Positions 7,380-17,663 of a DNA stretch of 26,613 nucleotides are shown here, one piece after another. This DNA comes from a virus. Under the pieces are notes generated by a model. That model searched no databases, was not told the origin of the DNA, and worked only from the letters and a program-made list of their open reading frames with translations. Numbering within the stretch: position 1 is the first letter of the stretch; each line of letters begins with the position of its first letter. Made by a program: the position numbers and the translations under genes. The DNA lies in IMG/VR virus record IMGVR_UViG_3300045988_150395, positions 1 to 26,613 of that record, one strand, 5' to 3'.

Positions 7380-7616
7380 TTATTCTACCTCGTAGCTAAT
7401 TAAAACTGACTGGTCAGGTTCTTTTTCATCTGTAAAAGTTTTTGTTAAAGTTACTCTATACCATTCGTCAATAATTTCACCTTTAGATTTTCTTTCTTTA
7501 TGAACACAGCTATATTTTGATAAATTACCTTCCTGCTTTGCTTCTTCTAATAAAGTATTTGCTTCACTCTCTGAATCTAATCTATAAACCTCTGTTGTTC
7601 CAAGTAAATATTTCAT
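7380..7616 (-). CDS. Hypothetical protein (78 aa)
   Basis: ORF in operon context; TAAATG junction with dut. Confidence 0.4.
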   Translation of the reverse strand: MKYLLGTTEVYRLDSESEANTLLEEAKQEGNLSKYSCVHKERKSKGEIIDEWYRVTLTKTFTDEKEPDQSVLISYEVE

Positions 7617-7628
7617 TTATTTTCTCCT

Positions 7629-7886
7629 TTACTCATTCACTTTTACTTCTACTACATTGTGTCCGTATTCTGACTTACTATATTCCAAAATATTATTTTT
7701 TATTTCATCTAAATAACTCTCATTACCCATTAAATGTGCAGTTCCAATATGACGACTTCTACAAAAGTCAGTAATTGTTTCTACTGCCCTATTTAATGGA
7801 ATTTTTTCATCTATTGTTTTATCTTCTGTTTGAATTTGAACTGTCATATCAAACATAGAGAAAATACAATATAAATCTTTAACCAT
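7629..7886 (-). CDS. Hypothetical protein (85 aa)
   Basis: ORF in operon context; overlaps the upstream gene by 8 nt. Confidence 0.4.
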   Translation of the reverse strand: MVKDLYCIFSMFDMTVQIQTEDKTIDEKIPLNRAVETITDFCRSRHIGTAHLMGNESYLDEIKNNILEYSKSEYGHNVVEVKVNE

Positions 7887-8436
7887 TAAAATTCACCATT
7901 CCTTCATCCCAGCCACCAAGATATAAACAAGTAATTTTATCTTGATATTTAATCCAAAATTCAACAACCTTTTGAGTTTCAAGATAAGAAATATCATATA
8001 TTTCAGAAAATTCAGATAAAAGGTCAACCGCAGTCTCCATTAAATTCTTTTCTGTGCTATCATTAACTCGATTTAAAATTGTAAAATAACCTATCTCTTT
8101 TCCATATAAAAGATATAAATTATCATTTGTATCTTTATTAAGTGATTCTTGACAAGCTTTAATTGCTCCATTAATTTTTCTTTTTGCCATTGGTCCAAGC
8201 TGCTCAACTATTGATTTATTAATATCATATAAATTTAAAGCTAACTGACCAGTTGCTGTTTTCTTAACATCTACTGGTTCCCAATCATTGCCATTAAAAA
8301 GAAAATATTGGTTATTATCTTCAGTACAAGCAATTTGTCCTGTTGTATATTTTTCTTTTGATACTCCTAACTCAAAAATATTTTTAGCATGAATAATACT
8401 TTCTTGAGCAGGAGCTTCAATTATTTCTTCACCCAT
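7879..8436 (-). CDS. Hypothetical protein (185 aa)
   Basis: Long ORF in operon context. Confidence 0.5.
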   Translation of the reverse strand: MGEEIIEAPAQESIIHAKNIFELGVSKEKYTTGQIACTEDNNQYFLFNGNDWEPVDVKKTATGQLALNLYDINKSIVEQLGPMAKRKINGAIKACQESLNKDTNDNLYLLYGKEIGYFTILNRVNDSTEKNLMETAVDLLSEFSEIYDISYLETQKVVEFWIKYQDKITCLYLGGWDEGMVNFNG

Positions 8437-8488
8437 AATATTTGTTTCCTTTTCATTTTATATATATAATTATATAATTTTTTACACA

Positions 8489-8995
8489 TTATGTCAATTT
8501 TACAAAATCTCCAAGTTCATCTTTTTCATAAATATCTTGATTACTTGAACCACGTAAAGGTAAAGTAATATCTCTTTTATTTTGCTCAAAAGGCCCATCT
8601 ATAAGAACATTAGTAAATCCAAGAATTACTTTAATATAACTATCATTCATTTGATCTAATTCTTTTTTAGTATAACCTGTCCATAAGTAAACCTTTAAAT
8701 CTGGAATTTTAATTTTAAGACAAGATAAAATATAACAAATATCTTCTCTATTTTGCGGGGCTAGGGGTTCTCCCCCTAAAATGCTAAAACTTCTTTGGAT
8801 ACCATTGCTTTTAATTGCATTATAAAGTTCTTCAATTAAAAGATCAACATCTTTTTCATACCCGCCATTAAAATCCCAGGCTTCCGAGTTATGGCACCCA
8901 GGGCAATGTCTATCACAACCCTGAGTGAAGAGAGATACAGTAAAACCAGACTTTGTATTTACAACATCATTTTTAATTATTCCAAAATAATGCAT
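8489..8995 (-). CDS. nrdG: Anaerobic ribonucleotide reductase activating protein (radical SAM)
   Basis: CDRHCPGCHN (CxxxCxxC radical-SAM cluster motif); TAATG overlap with nrdD; typical 168-aa size. Confidence 0.85.
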   Translation of the reverse strand: MHYFGIIKNDVVNTKSGFTVSLFTQGCDRHCPGCHNSEAWDFNGGYEKDVDLLIEELYNAIKSNGIQRSFSILGGEPLAPQNREDICYILSCLKIKIPDLKVYLWTGYTKKELDQMNDSYIKVILGFTNVLIDGPFEQNKRDITLPLRGSSNQDIYEKDELGDFVKLT

Positions 8996-11286
8996 TATTG
9001 TTCTAACCTTCCTATATGTTTTATTCTAAGATTAACTTCATTCTGTTTACCAAGATTAAATGCGGTTTTATAATTACCAGTTAAATAACCAGTTACTCTA
9101 CGTAATTGCTGAATATTTTTACTTCCGCATATTGGACAGCAATCATTAAACTCTCCAGTATAACCACAATCTAAACATGTATCATTAGGTACATTAATTG
9201 CAAAGTAAGGAATATCATGGTCCATAGCATATTGAACGATTTCATCCAAAGCATCTAAGTTATTTTTAACCGCACCATCTAATTCAACATAAGTTATACA
9301 TCCCGCAGAGGAATATCCTGTTAATTGACATTCAATGTCAATTTTTTCAAAAGGAGAAACCTCTTTCCAAACTGGAACATGCATTGAATTAGTAAAGAAA
9401 TCTTTATCACTTACATCTTTAATTACACCATATTTAGCTCTAAATTTCTTAAGCGCAGTATAACAGAGATTTTCGGCTGGAGTATAATATACTCCAAAAT
9501 TAAGTTTATATTTTTCTTTAAATTCCGCACATCTATCTTTAAATAACTGTTCAATCTTTTTAGCTAATTTCATTCCTTCTGGAGTAGTATGGTCTGTACC
9601 AATAAGAATTTGAAGAGCCTCAGCTAAACCTAGTTGACCGACAGCTAAAGTGCCATGTTTAAGTGCGCTTCTAATTCCTTCTTCTGGAATATAACCAGCC
9701 ATAGTTCCATTTTCATACATAAATTTTGCAGAATCCGCAGGTTGAGAACAAATCCAATTAAAACGTTCAATTAACATGTCTTTAGCCTCATGAATCTTTG
9801 TATCTAATAAATCCATAAAAGCATTAATATAATGTTCATCTGTTACACTAAATGGATTACATTTTATATCTAATTCATATTCTTTATCAATTTTTTCTTT
9901 AGCTTCCATTGCTAAAGTAGGCAATATGATAGTTACAGGACAAATATTACCTCGTCCATCTTTCTTCTGGCCGAAACCATTAATATCCCACCCATTGGCT
10001 GTGCGGCAGCCCATAGTCGAGAAGTAAGTAGTCGGATCATCTGGGTCATATCCAGCATTACCGCTCCAATCGCAGTTCGCATAATTTGGATAAAGTCTTG
10101 CCGCAGTTGATTTAAGAGCCAGTCTATATAAATCATAATTTGGCTCTCCTGGTTTACGATTAACACCTTTCATACATTGGAAAATACCACATGGAAAAAT
10201 GCTTGTTTTATGAATTTTACCTACTCCCGCCAAAGAACCTTCAAGTAAAGCCTTAATTACCATTCTTCCTTCTGGAAGAGTACATGTTCCATAATTAATA
10301 GAAGTAAAAGGTAATTGATTACCGCTTCGAGATTGTAATGTATTAAGGTTATGATACATACCTTCAACAGCTTGTTTTGTTTCTTTCTCAGTCATATCAT
10401 AAGCATATTCATATGTTTTTGGATAATTCTCTTTAATATAAGAATCTATAATACTAATTTCTTTTCCAGAAGCTAATAAATTTTTAATATATTTATCTCC
10501 ACGTGCAATATATTTAAACCCTTCAATTAAATGCTTTTTAAAAGATTTTCTTACATATGGAACCGCAGACCAATCAAGGTGAGTAGCAGAAACGCCTCCA
10601 AATTGTTGTAAGCTTTGAAGCTGAAAGAGTACTGCTAAAAGTTGAAAGAATGTACTAATACTATTTGCCGGACGCACATCAGTTTGTCTTGTATTAAAGC
10701 CTTTTTCCATCAAAGGATCTATTGGCAAACTCAAACAGTTATGTGAACCAACAGCATATGAGCCTGCATCATGAATATAAATTTCATTATTCATATGATT
10801 CTCTCTGGATTTCTTAGAAATAATATAATCAAATGCATATTCTTTTGTCATAACTTCTGCGGCTTCGCCTAAACGTCCTCCAAAAGAATGCTCATCTACG
10901 TTAGCATTTTGATTTTGAATATTGCGGGCTTCCAATTTTTCTCTAATTGGCGCAATAAAGACTGCTTCATGCTCACGTTGTACTTCTTGTTTATAACGAT
11001 AACGAATATAAGCTCTAGCTACATCTCTACGTTCAGATTGCATAAGCTCATCTTCTACCATATCTTGAATATCCTCAACTGAAACTGCAGTTGCTTTTTC
11101 TTCATCAAGGTCATACATTGCATCTTCAATTTCTTTGGCAATATCTTTTGCAGTATCATCTTCATAAAGTTGACCATCTACTTCAATTAAGGCTTTATTA
11201 ACTGCATTTATAATTTTTTGTCTATCAAAGGGAACTAAAGTTCCGTTACGTTTTTGTATCTGCAACATAATGTTGTATTCCCCCAT
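8995..11286 (-). CDS. nrdD: Anaerobic (class III) ribonucleoside-triphosphate reductase with N-terminal ATP-cone. Start ambiguous (alternative ATG at 11268)
   Basis: ATP-cone start MLQIQKRNGTLVPFDRQKI; C-terminal Zn ribbon CLDCGYTGEFNDCCPICGS; glycyl-radical motif RRVTGYL. Confidence 0.9.
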   Translation of the reverse strand: MGEYNIMLQIQKRNGTLVPFDRQKIINAVNKALIEVDGQLYEDDTAKDIAKEIEDAMYDLDEEKATAVSVEDIQDMVEDELMQSERRDVARAYIRYRYKQEVQREHEAVFIAPIREKLEARNIQNQNANVDEHSFGGRLGEAAEVMTKEYAFDYIISKKSRENHMNNEIYIHDAGSYAVGSHNCLSLPIDPLMEKGFNTRQTDVRPANSISTFFQLLAVLFQLQSLQQFGGVSATHLDWSAVPYVRKSFKKHLIEGFKYIARGDKYIKNLLASGKEISIIDSYIKENYPKTYEYAYDMTEKETKQAVEGMYHNLNTLQSRSGNQLPFTSINYGTCTLPEGRMVIKALLEGSLAGVGKIHKTSIFPCGIFQCMKGVNRKPGEPNYDLYRLALKSTAARLYPNYANCDWSGNAGYDPDDPTTYFSTMGCRTANGWDINGFGQKKDGRGNICPVTIILPTLAMEAKEKIDKEYELDIKCNPFSVTDEHYINAFMDLLDTKIHEAKDMLIERFNWICSQPADSAKFMYENGTMAGYIPEEGIRSALKHGTLAVGQLGLAEALQILIGTDHTTPEGMKLAKKIEQLFKDRCAEFKEKYKLNFGVYYTPAENLCYTALKKFRAKYGVIKDVSDKDFFTNSMHVPVWKEVSPFEKIDIECQLTGYSSAGCITYVELDGAVKNNLDALDEIVQYAMDHDIPYFAINVPNDTCLDCGYTGEFNDCCPICGSKNIQQLRRVTGYLTGNYKTAFNLGKQNEVNLRIKHIGRLEQ

Positions 11287-11338
11287 TCTAAATTTTGTGT
11301 CTCATACTATATTTAGACGAAAGCTATAAACTTTTTAG

Positions 11339-11926
11339 CTATTTCTGCCCTAATTGCATCGCATAGATTTCATTAATTAATAACATAATATGCTTAATAT
11401 TTTCTTCTAACTCTGTTAAATTATCATTATAAAGAGTATCTTCAAAAGAAAATTCTTGTTCTAAACCATCAAAATCTATATCATCAGCTTTAAAACGTCT
11501 AATAATTTCATATACATTAGGATTTTCTTCTCGTTCAAGTTGTCTAATCATTCGTTGTTTATCCGAAGCAACAACATAGAATGGAAATAATATAATATCT
11601 TTATTATGTGAAAGGGCTTCAATTCCCGCAGGATTAAATACCCCAATATTTATCTTACTTTTGGATAAAGAATCATATGAGGTTCCATAAAACCAATTAT
11701 TAAAACAAGTAGCTTCTAGCATTTCACCTTTAAGAACTTTTTCCGCAAACTGCTCGGGATTAAGAAAATAATAATTTATTCCATTCTGTTCTCCGCTTCT
11801 AGGTTCACGAGTAGTACATGAAATTATCTCGTGAATAAAAGGGGCGTCTTTTGTAACGCCCTTTAATATTGTATCTTTTCCACTTCCAGCTTTACCAACC
11901 AATGCTATAATAATATATTTATTCAT
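11339..11926 (-). CDS. Guanylate kinase-like / dNMP kinase
   Basis: P-loop GKAGSGKDT and guanylate-kinase signature SCTTREPRSGEQNGINYYF; ATGA overlap with the polymerase gene. Confidence 0.65.
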   Translation of the reverse strand: MNKYIIIALVGKAGSGKDTILKGVTKDAPFIHEIISCTTREPRSGEQNGINYYFLNPEQFAEKVLKGEMLEATCFNNWFYGTSYDSLSKSKINIGVFNPAGIEALSHNKDIILFPFYVVASDKQRMIRQLEREENPNVYEIIRRFKADDIDFDGLEQEFSFEDTLYNDNLTELEENIKHIMLLINEIYAMQLGQK

Positions 11927-14900
11927 TTTCTTCTAAGCCCTGATACCTTTCTGTTTTTAATAATAAATCTCCATTATCTTCTAATTTATCAATTTTATAT
12001 AACTGATGTCCACCACTAGAAGCATATTTTTTAGTTATAAATTCATCTCCACTTCTTATGCCTTGTACTATAATCATATTTCCACGGTTAAACCAGCTCT
12101 TTTCTACTACATGTTTAGCTCCATCCTCACCACGCTCAGATATCTGCTTATCAAAGAGAGAGAAATATTCTTTTCTAAATTTAACACTAACAACTCCATC
12201 AGTTGTTAATAAAGATACAGTTCCTTTATCTTTATTTTTTGCAATACAAGTTCCGCAGATTTTAAATAACTTAAACATTTTAATTTCTTTGTTGCCTTTA
12301 TAAAATACTTTATCTACTATTGGTTGCTCTGGTAAATCTTTAAAATTACTTAAACCATATTTACCCATATTAACATGCGCTAATTCATGCTCATGATAAT
12401 AAAAACATAATGCTTTCATTTCCCAAGATGAATAATTTCCTTCTGCATAATTTTTCCAGTCTGTATAAAAAATTCTTTCATTTAGGTTTTGTAGAATTTT
12501 TTCTTTATCACTCGCAATCCAATTTCTGAAAACATCCATTTCTTTATGATAAACTCGTTCCCAAGACTTTACATTTAATTTATTTCCATCCTCAATAAGT
12601 TCTTCTTTTTCAGTTTCTGTCAAGAAATCCATTGAACGTTCATCAAGAATAAAATAAGCTGCGGTTTTAGATGGTTTACACATAGCCTTTAAATATCTAT
12701 TAAATTCATAGATTCTTCTAGCTAAAATTTTTTCATCTGTATCTTCTGGTAATAATCCATAATGAATTAATCCTGGAAGATTAGATAAAGTAAGATTTTT
12801 CTTTTTATCACAAGTTTCCCATATAAACCAAGCCATTGCCAATTTTCTTTCCATAAAAATATCAAAAGCTCCGCCTTTTATTAAAGAAATCATAGCCTGT
12901 TTATTTGGCTTAACTTTATAATAATAATCTTTTATTGATATATATGGACGATTTTGAATAGTTCTTTCAATCACATCGTCACCAACATTCAACATAGCTT
13001 TTAACCCAAAAAGAATTTTATTATGTTTAATATCTGGTTTAAATCCAAAATCAGATGTATTAATATCAACTAAAGAAATTTTAGTATCTGTCTGCATAAT
13101 TTTACCAATAGCGTTTGCAATTTTGGTATAATCTGTACTTCCATTAGCCTCAAGTTCTCCACTATCAGTAATAAGACAAGCTGTATTCCATAAAATAGTC
13201 GGATAATGATAAGCCAAATTCATTTCTTGTAAAGCTACTAACGAATAAGCTAAAGTATGAGACTGATTAAATCCATAACCTTTACTCATGGATACTAACA
13301 CTTCCCACACGTATTTTGCAAAATTAGTTTTAATACCTTTTTCTGCGGTTGTCTTATAAAATTCTTCGGTTAATTTATCAAATGCCGCAGGATTCTTTTT
13401 AGCAATGGATTTACGTAATCCATCCGCCCAGGTCAGAGAAAAACCACCAAGTTCTGGAAGTTGTACAAGCTCCATAAATTGTTCCTGTGCAATACATAAA
13501 CCATAAGATGAATCAAGAATTGGCTCAAGGATTTCTTTTTCCTTTTTACCCAAACCCCATTTTGCAAGTTCTTTATCCCAAGCTGTAGGATCGTTCTTAA
13601 ATCTTGCTAATTTGTCTGTTGGCATCTCTGTGCTACCCTCTTGTGCCATAAGTCGAATAGTTGAGTTTAATACTGCTAAATCATCAACTGAAGTTGGTTT
13701 TAAAGTTGTAATACCTTTAATACCACTTTGTTTTTCCATCTGAAACAATGAAAGAATTTTATGTTGCCAAATCATCTTCCACATTTCTTTAGAATCTCTA
13801 TCTATTCTATAAATTCCAAGAACTTTTTCATAAGTTTCTTTTAATGTTGGTTCTGGAGTAACATATCCATCTTTAACTAATAAATCAAGGCAAACATGAA
13901 TTTTATCTTCAGCTTCAACTGAAAGAGCATCATATTTAATTAATGATACATCCTCTGCATCATGCAAATCAAACTGTGTACAAATAGTTCCATCAGGCGC
14001 TCTCATAAGACCAGTAGAGTTTGTAAATGGTTCATCTACAAAAATAACTCCACCTGCATGAATACCAGACCCGCAAATTAATCCCTCAATCTTTTGCGCG
14101 ACCTCCCACAATTCAGGATAATCGTCTCTCATGGCTTTAACAAAAGATGCTATTGGTTTCATATCTTTTTCTTCATCACCATAATAAACCTGCTTTAAAG
14201 TTCTTAATTGTCCTCTATCTGCGGGAATTAAACTTGCTAAATACTGAGCTTCATCAACATCAATTTTTAAACCTCTTGCCGCAGTTAAGATAGCCGCCTT
14301 ACTTTTTTCTGTTCTGAAAGTTGTTACATTGGCTACTCTATCTTCACCATAAAACTCTCTAAATTTATTTAATACTGCTGCTCTTTTGGAACCCTCAATG
14401 TCAAAATCTACATCCAAAACAGATACACGTTCAGGATTAAGAAATCTCCAAGCAAAAGTTCTAGTTTTTTCTCTAAGCGGATTAATCTGTGTAATTCCTA
14501 ATACATAAAGAAGAATAAATCCAACACCAGAACCACGACCTGGTCCAACTAAAGAACCAGCTTCCCAACATAAATCAATAATCTGCTGAAGATTAAGATA
14601 ATATGCTGACCAATGTGCTTTATTTACATTTGAAGAAACCCAAGTCATTTCAAGATTACTATTAATTTCATCATATGATTCTTGATTTTGTAAATCTGAA
14701 TGTTCTACAATACCATCAAGAATAGCTTTAACAAGTTCTCTATCACCTACAAAATCTGATTCATTAAATGTTTTTAACATTGGAATCTTCTCTATCCAAT
14801 CTGTAGTTAATTGAGAATAGTAAGTTTTCCATTTTAAGGAAGGAATCTTTAAAGGTTTTAAAATTGAATAATCTTCACATTTTTCATTTATTTTCAATAT

Positions 14901-15761
14901 ATTCTCATATGCAGTATCTAATTCTTCTCTGGTTAAATCTAAATGCTCTTCAAGGTCATCTGTATCCATAAGATAAGTTGTTGCATAAAAAGCATCTACC
15001 TCACGTTCCTTATCCTGAGAATTAAGATATGCTTTATGAATTTCTCTATCTTCTTTTTTAAGATAATGACTGTCTGTTGTTATAATATATGGAATCTTTG
15101 TATGATTTGATAACTCAATTAACTTGCGGTTAACATAAGTTTGTTCTTTAGATGCAGAAGGTTGTAATTCTAAATAAAAATTACCTCTTCCAAATACAGA
15201 TTCCATAAGATAACACCAATTAATGATTTTTAACCATAAGGCTTCTGAATCTGTTTGCTGATATTTTAAAATTTGAGTTGGCAACATACCGCCAAGACAT
15301 GCAGAAGATCCAATTACATGACCTGGATTTTCTTTAATTATATCTAATAAATCTTGATAATATGTAGGAACTCTTCTTTGTCCACCCGCTATATAACTGC
15401 GATGCCATGCTCTTGTAGAGATTTCACAAATTTGCTGATAGCCAATTAAATCTTTCGCTAAAAGAATAAAGTGATAATATTTATCTTCACCTCTAACAAA
15501 ATTAGTTTCATTTAATCCATCTCTACAAAGATAAATTTCATTACCCATTATTACTTTTAATGGGATATTTTTTTCTTTTATTTTTTTATATATTTTTTCT
15601 ACCCTAACCGCAGATGCAATAGTTTCATGGTCAGTTATTGCAACAACAGAATGACCTAATTCAGCCGCTCGGTAAATTAGGTCTTCTTCATGAATAATAC
15701 AGTCCAGTAAACGAAGATTTGACATCTGGGTATGATTATGTAATGACCCTGGATATAACAT
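11919..15761 (-). CDS. dnaE: DNA polymerase III alpha subunit (DnaE-type, N-terminal PHP domain). Start taken as ATG 15761; the track start at 15767 is a GTG
   Basis: PHP motifs SLHNHTQMS..DHETIA; polymerase-core motif GYGFNQSHTLAYS (DnaE FNKSHAAAY); ~1280 aa. Confidence 0.9.
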   Translation of the reverse strand: MLYPGSLHNHTQMSNLRLLDCIIHEEDLIYRAAELGHSVVAITDHETIASAVRVEKIYKKIKEKNIPLKVIMGNEIYLCRDGLNETNFVRGEDKYYHFILLAKDLIGYQQICEISTRAWHRSYIAGGQRRVPTYYQDLLDIIKENPGHVIGSSACLGGMLPTQILKYQQTDSEALWLKIINWCYLMESVFGRGNFYLELQPSASKEQTYVNRKLIELSNHTKIPYIITTDSHYLKKEDREIHKAYLNSQDKEREVDAFYATTYLMDTDDLEEHLDLTREELDTAYENILKINEKCEDYSILKPLKIPSLKWKTYYSQLTTDWIEKIPMLKTFNESDFVGDRELVKAILDGIVEHSDLQNQESYDEINSNLEMTWVSSNVNKAHWSAYYLNLQQIIDLCWEAGSLVGPGRGSGVGFILLYVLGITQINPLREKTRTFAWRFLNPERVSVLDVDFDIEGSKRAAVLNKFREFYGEDRVANVTTFRTEKSKAAILTAARGLKIDVDEAQYLASLIPADRGQLRTLKQVYYGDEEKDMKPIASFVKAMRDDYPELWEVAQKIEGLICGSGIHAGGVIFVDEPFTNSTGLMRAPDGTICTQFDLHDAEDVSLIKYDALSVEAEDKIHVCLDLLVKDGYVTPEPTLKETYEKVLGIYRIDRDSKEMWKMIWQHKILSLFQMEKQSGIKGITTLKPTSVDDLAVLNSTIRLMAQEGSTEMPTDKLARFKNDPTAWDKELAKWGLGKKEKEILEPILDSSYGLCIAQEQFMELVQLPELGGFSLTWADGLRKSIAKKNPAAFDKLTEEFYKTTAEKGIKTNFAKYVWEVLVSMSKGYGFNQSHTLAYSLVALQEMNLAYHYPTILWNTACLITDSGELEANGSTDYTKIANAIGKIMQTDTKISLVDINTSDFGFKPDIKHNKILFGLKAMLNVGDDVIERTIQNRPYISIKDYYYKVKPNKQAMISLIKGGAFDIFMERKLAMAWFIWETCDKKKNLTLSNLPGLIHYGLLPEDTDEKILARRIYEFNRYLKAMCKPSKTAAYFILDERSMDFLTETEKEELIEDGNKLNVKSWERVYHKEMDVFRNWIASDKEKILQNLNERIFYTDWKNYAEGNYSSWEMKALCFYYHEHELAHVNMGKYGLSNFKDLPEQPIVDKVFYKGNKEIKMFKLFKICGTCIAKNKDKGTVSLLTTDGVVSVKFRKEYFSLFDKQISERGEDGAKHVVEKSWFNRGNMIIVQGIRSGDEFITKKYASSGGHQLYKIDKLEDNGDLLLKTERYQGLEENE

Positions 15762-15831
15762 TCGCACTTTATCCTTTACTTCATAATAATTCTTCTTCTT
15801 TTACTTATATATATTACTAAATTTTTTAATA

Positions 15832-16458
15832 TTAATCAATTAAAGTATATTTGCGGCCGGTTATTTCTTCATAAATACCAACCCATGTATAAAATAAAGG
15901 CTGATACATACGAGGAACCCATTCAAAAGACTGACATATAATTAATATATCAGTATTTTTAGCCAAATCAATTAAAGAGTAACCTTTAAGTAAATGATCT
16001 TCAACATTATAAATTTCAGCGGCTTCATCAGGTAAAACATCTGATAGCGGATTTGATACCCAATCATAGTGATTGATTACTTTAGTATCAAAAAGTTTTT
16101 TTACCCAATTCCCGCACTGCGGTTTTCCTACTATTGGTTTTGTCCAATCTTCAATTTCATAGCCTATATCGTGATGATGGTCAATATTAACAAGGTTTGC
16201 ATCTCTATATTTACTAACTAATGGAACAATTTGCTCATGTGAGCGAATAAATTGAATTTTGTCTTGCGGCAATGCTTTTATAACATCTACAATATATCTC
16301 GTAAGATACTCATAAATATTTAAATCTGCGGGAACATTGCTTAAAAATGGATAGTCTTCAATTATACTATCCACTTTAAAATCTTCATTAACTGCATTGT
16401 TATATACTCCAATGCTTGGTCCCATAATAATATCAAAATCTATTGTAACTATATTCAT
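15832..16458 (-). CDS. Hypothetical protein with DHH-like phosphoesterase motifs (TIDFD..., NIDHHHD)
   Basis: Only short motif resemblance to DHH family motifs I and III; 208 aa. Confidence 0.35.
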   Translation of the reverse strand: MNIVTIDFDIIMGPSIGVYNNAVNEDFKVDSIIEDYPFLSNVPADLNIYEYLTRYIVDVIKALPQDKIQFIRSHEQIVPLVSKYRDANLVNIDHHHDIGYEIEDWTKPIVGKPQCGNWVKKLFDTKVINHYDWVSNPLSDVLPDEAAEIYNVEDHLLKGYSLIDLAKNTDILIICQSFEWVPRMYQPLFYTWVGIYEEITGRKYTLID

Positions 16459-16466
16459 ATTTTCTC

Positions 16467-17663
16467 CTAATCTGCAAGTACTACAAGTTTAATACCAGCT
16501 CTAGTGCAGGCTGTATACATAGCAGAACGATGTTCAGCTTTATCAAACGGAAATCCTTCCTCAAGAGCTAAGACTTTAGGCCACTCACTGCCCTGTGCTT
16601 TCCAAAAAGTTAAAGCATATCCATATGTGAGTTCTTCTGGAACCATATCCTTATATCTTGTTTTATTTATTTTATATTTCATTTTATTATCTAAAATAGG
16701 AATACCAGTAGTAATACATTGCTCATCGCAATGCAGTGCATCAAAAGTATCACCATAATCTGTAATAAAAGTTCCATTTAGATAAGCGACTCTATTTTCT
16801 GGTATACCAAAGGAACTAAAACGTTCTGGTAAATAAAATGCTTCATAATTAAAATCATTTAAAGTTCCAACGCATCCATTAGTTAAATAACCGCCTTTAT
16901 CTGACATAATATCCCAATTATTTCTAAGAACAATAAGTTTTTCACCTTTTTCTATTGGCTTCGTATAACCTCTTAATTGTCTTGCTATTTGGTTAAGTTT
17001 ATTACGAGTTTTATTTGTAGCACATAATGTCTGGTCTGCCCAAGTAATCATTGTTGGGTCAAAATCTTTTTTAGGTAATACTATTGCATCATCTGATTTA
17101 AAACCACTAATAGATTCTCCTTTACGAATTCGCATACTTAAACGAATGATACCACTTTCTTGCGCTTGTCGCATAATCTCATCAAGAAATATATGTGGTG
17201 CATATAAAAGATTATTATTCTGACTTTTCTCGATTGGTGGAAGCTGACCTGGATCGCCGCAAAAAATAACATAAACAGGATAACTTAAAAGTAATTTTGT
17301 CATATCCATTGGGAGCATAGAACATTCGTCTACAACAACTACTTTTGCATCTATTGATTCTACTGGCTCTCTTGTAAATTTTCCATTAGGCAAAGGTTTA
17401 GTTTTGTATAATAATTTATGTGCAGTTTTACAATTAGGATTTCCTTTTTGACGTAAAACCTCTGCAGCTTTACCTGTATAAGCACAATAAGCTACATCTA
17501 ATTCTGGATCAACTCCATAAGAAGAAAGAGCTGAAATAATAAATCTAATAAGAGTTGACTTTCCGGACCCCGCATACCCAGATATTACGGTACATTTCTC
17601 TCCGTCAAGGTATCTTTGAACTGCAATTTTAAGTCCTTGCTCCTGTCGTAATGTAAGTTCCAT
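16467..17663 (-). CDS. SF1B DNA helicase, Dda/RecD-like
   Basis: Walker A GYAGSGKST, motif II VVVVDECSM, motif III GDPGQLPPI, motif V WKAQGSEW, motif VI YTACTRA. Confidence 0.8.
   Translation of the reverse strand: MELTLRQEQGLKIAVQRYLDGEKCTVISGYAGSGKSTLIRFIISALSSYGVDPELDVAYCAYTGKAAEVLRQKGNPNCKTAHKLLYKTKPLPNGKFTREPVESIDAKVVVVDECSMLPMDMTKLLLSYPVYVIFCGDPGQLPPIEKSQNNNLLYAPHIFLDEIMRQAQESGIIRLSMRIRKGESISGFKSDDAIVLPKKDFDPTMITWADQTLCATNKTRNKLNQIARQLRGYTKPIEKGEKLIVLRNNWDIMSDKGGYLTNGCVGTLNDFNYEAFYLPERFSSFGIPENRVAYLNGTFITDYGDTFDALHCDEQCITTGIPILDNKMKYKINKTRYKDMVPEELTYGYALTFWKAQGSEWPKVLALEEGFPFDKAEHRSAMYTACTRAGIKLVVLAD

Noticed and set aside
11287-11338. Possible NrdR box upstream of nrdD
   Set aside because: tctcatactatatttaga is only a weak imperfect palindrome and does not fit the 16-bp ACACwAtATaTwGTGT-type consensus.
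11919-15761. Second intein inside DnaE (ORF is ~120 aa longer than E. coli DnaE)
   Set aside because: No HN[STC] block-G or LAGLIDADG/HNH motifs seen; the conserved GYGFNQSHTLAY core motif is uninterrupted. The extra length is attributed to linker and C-terminal extensions.
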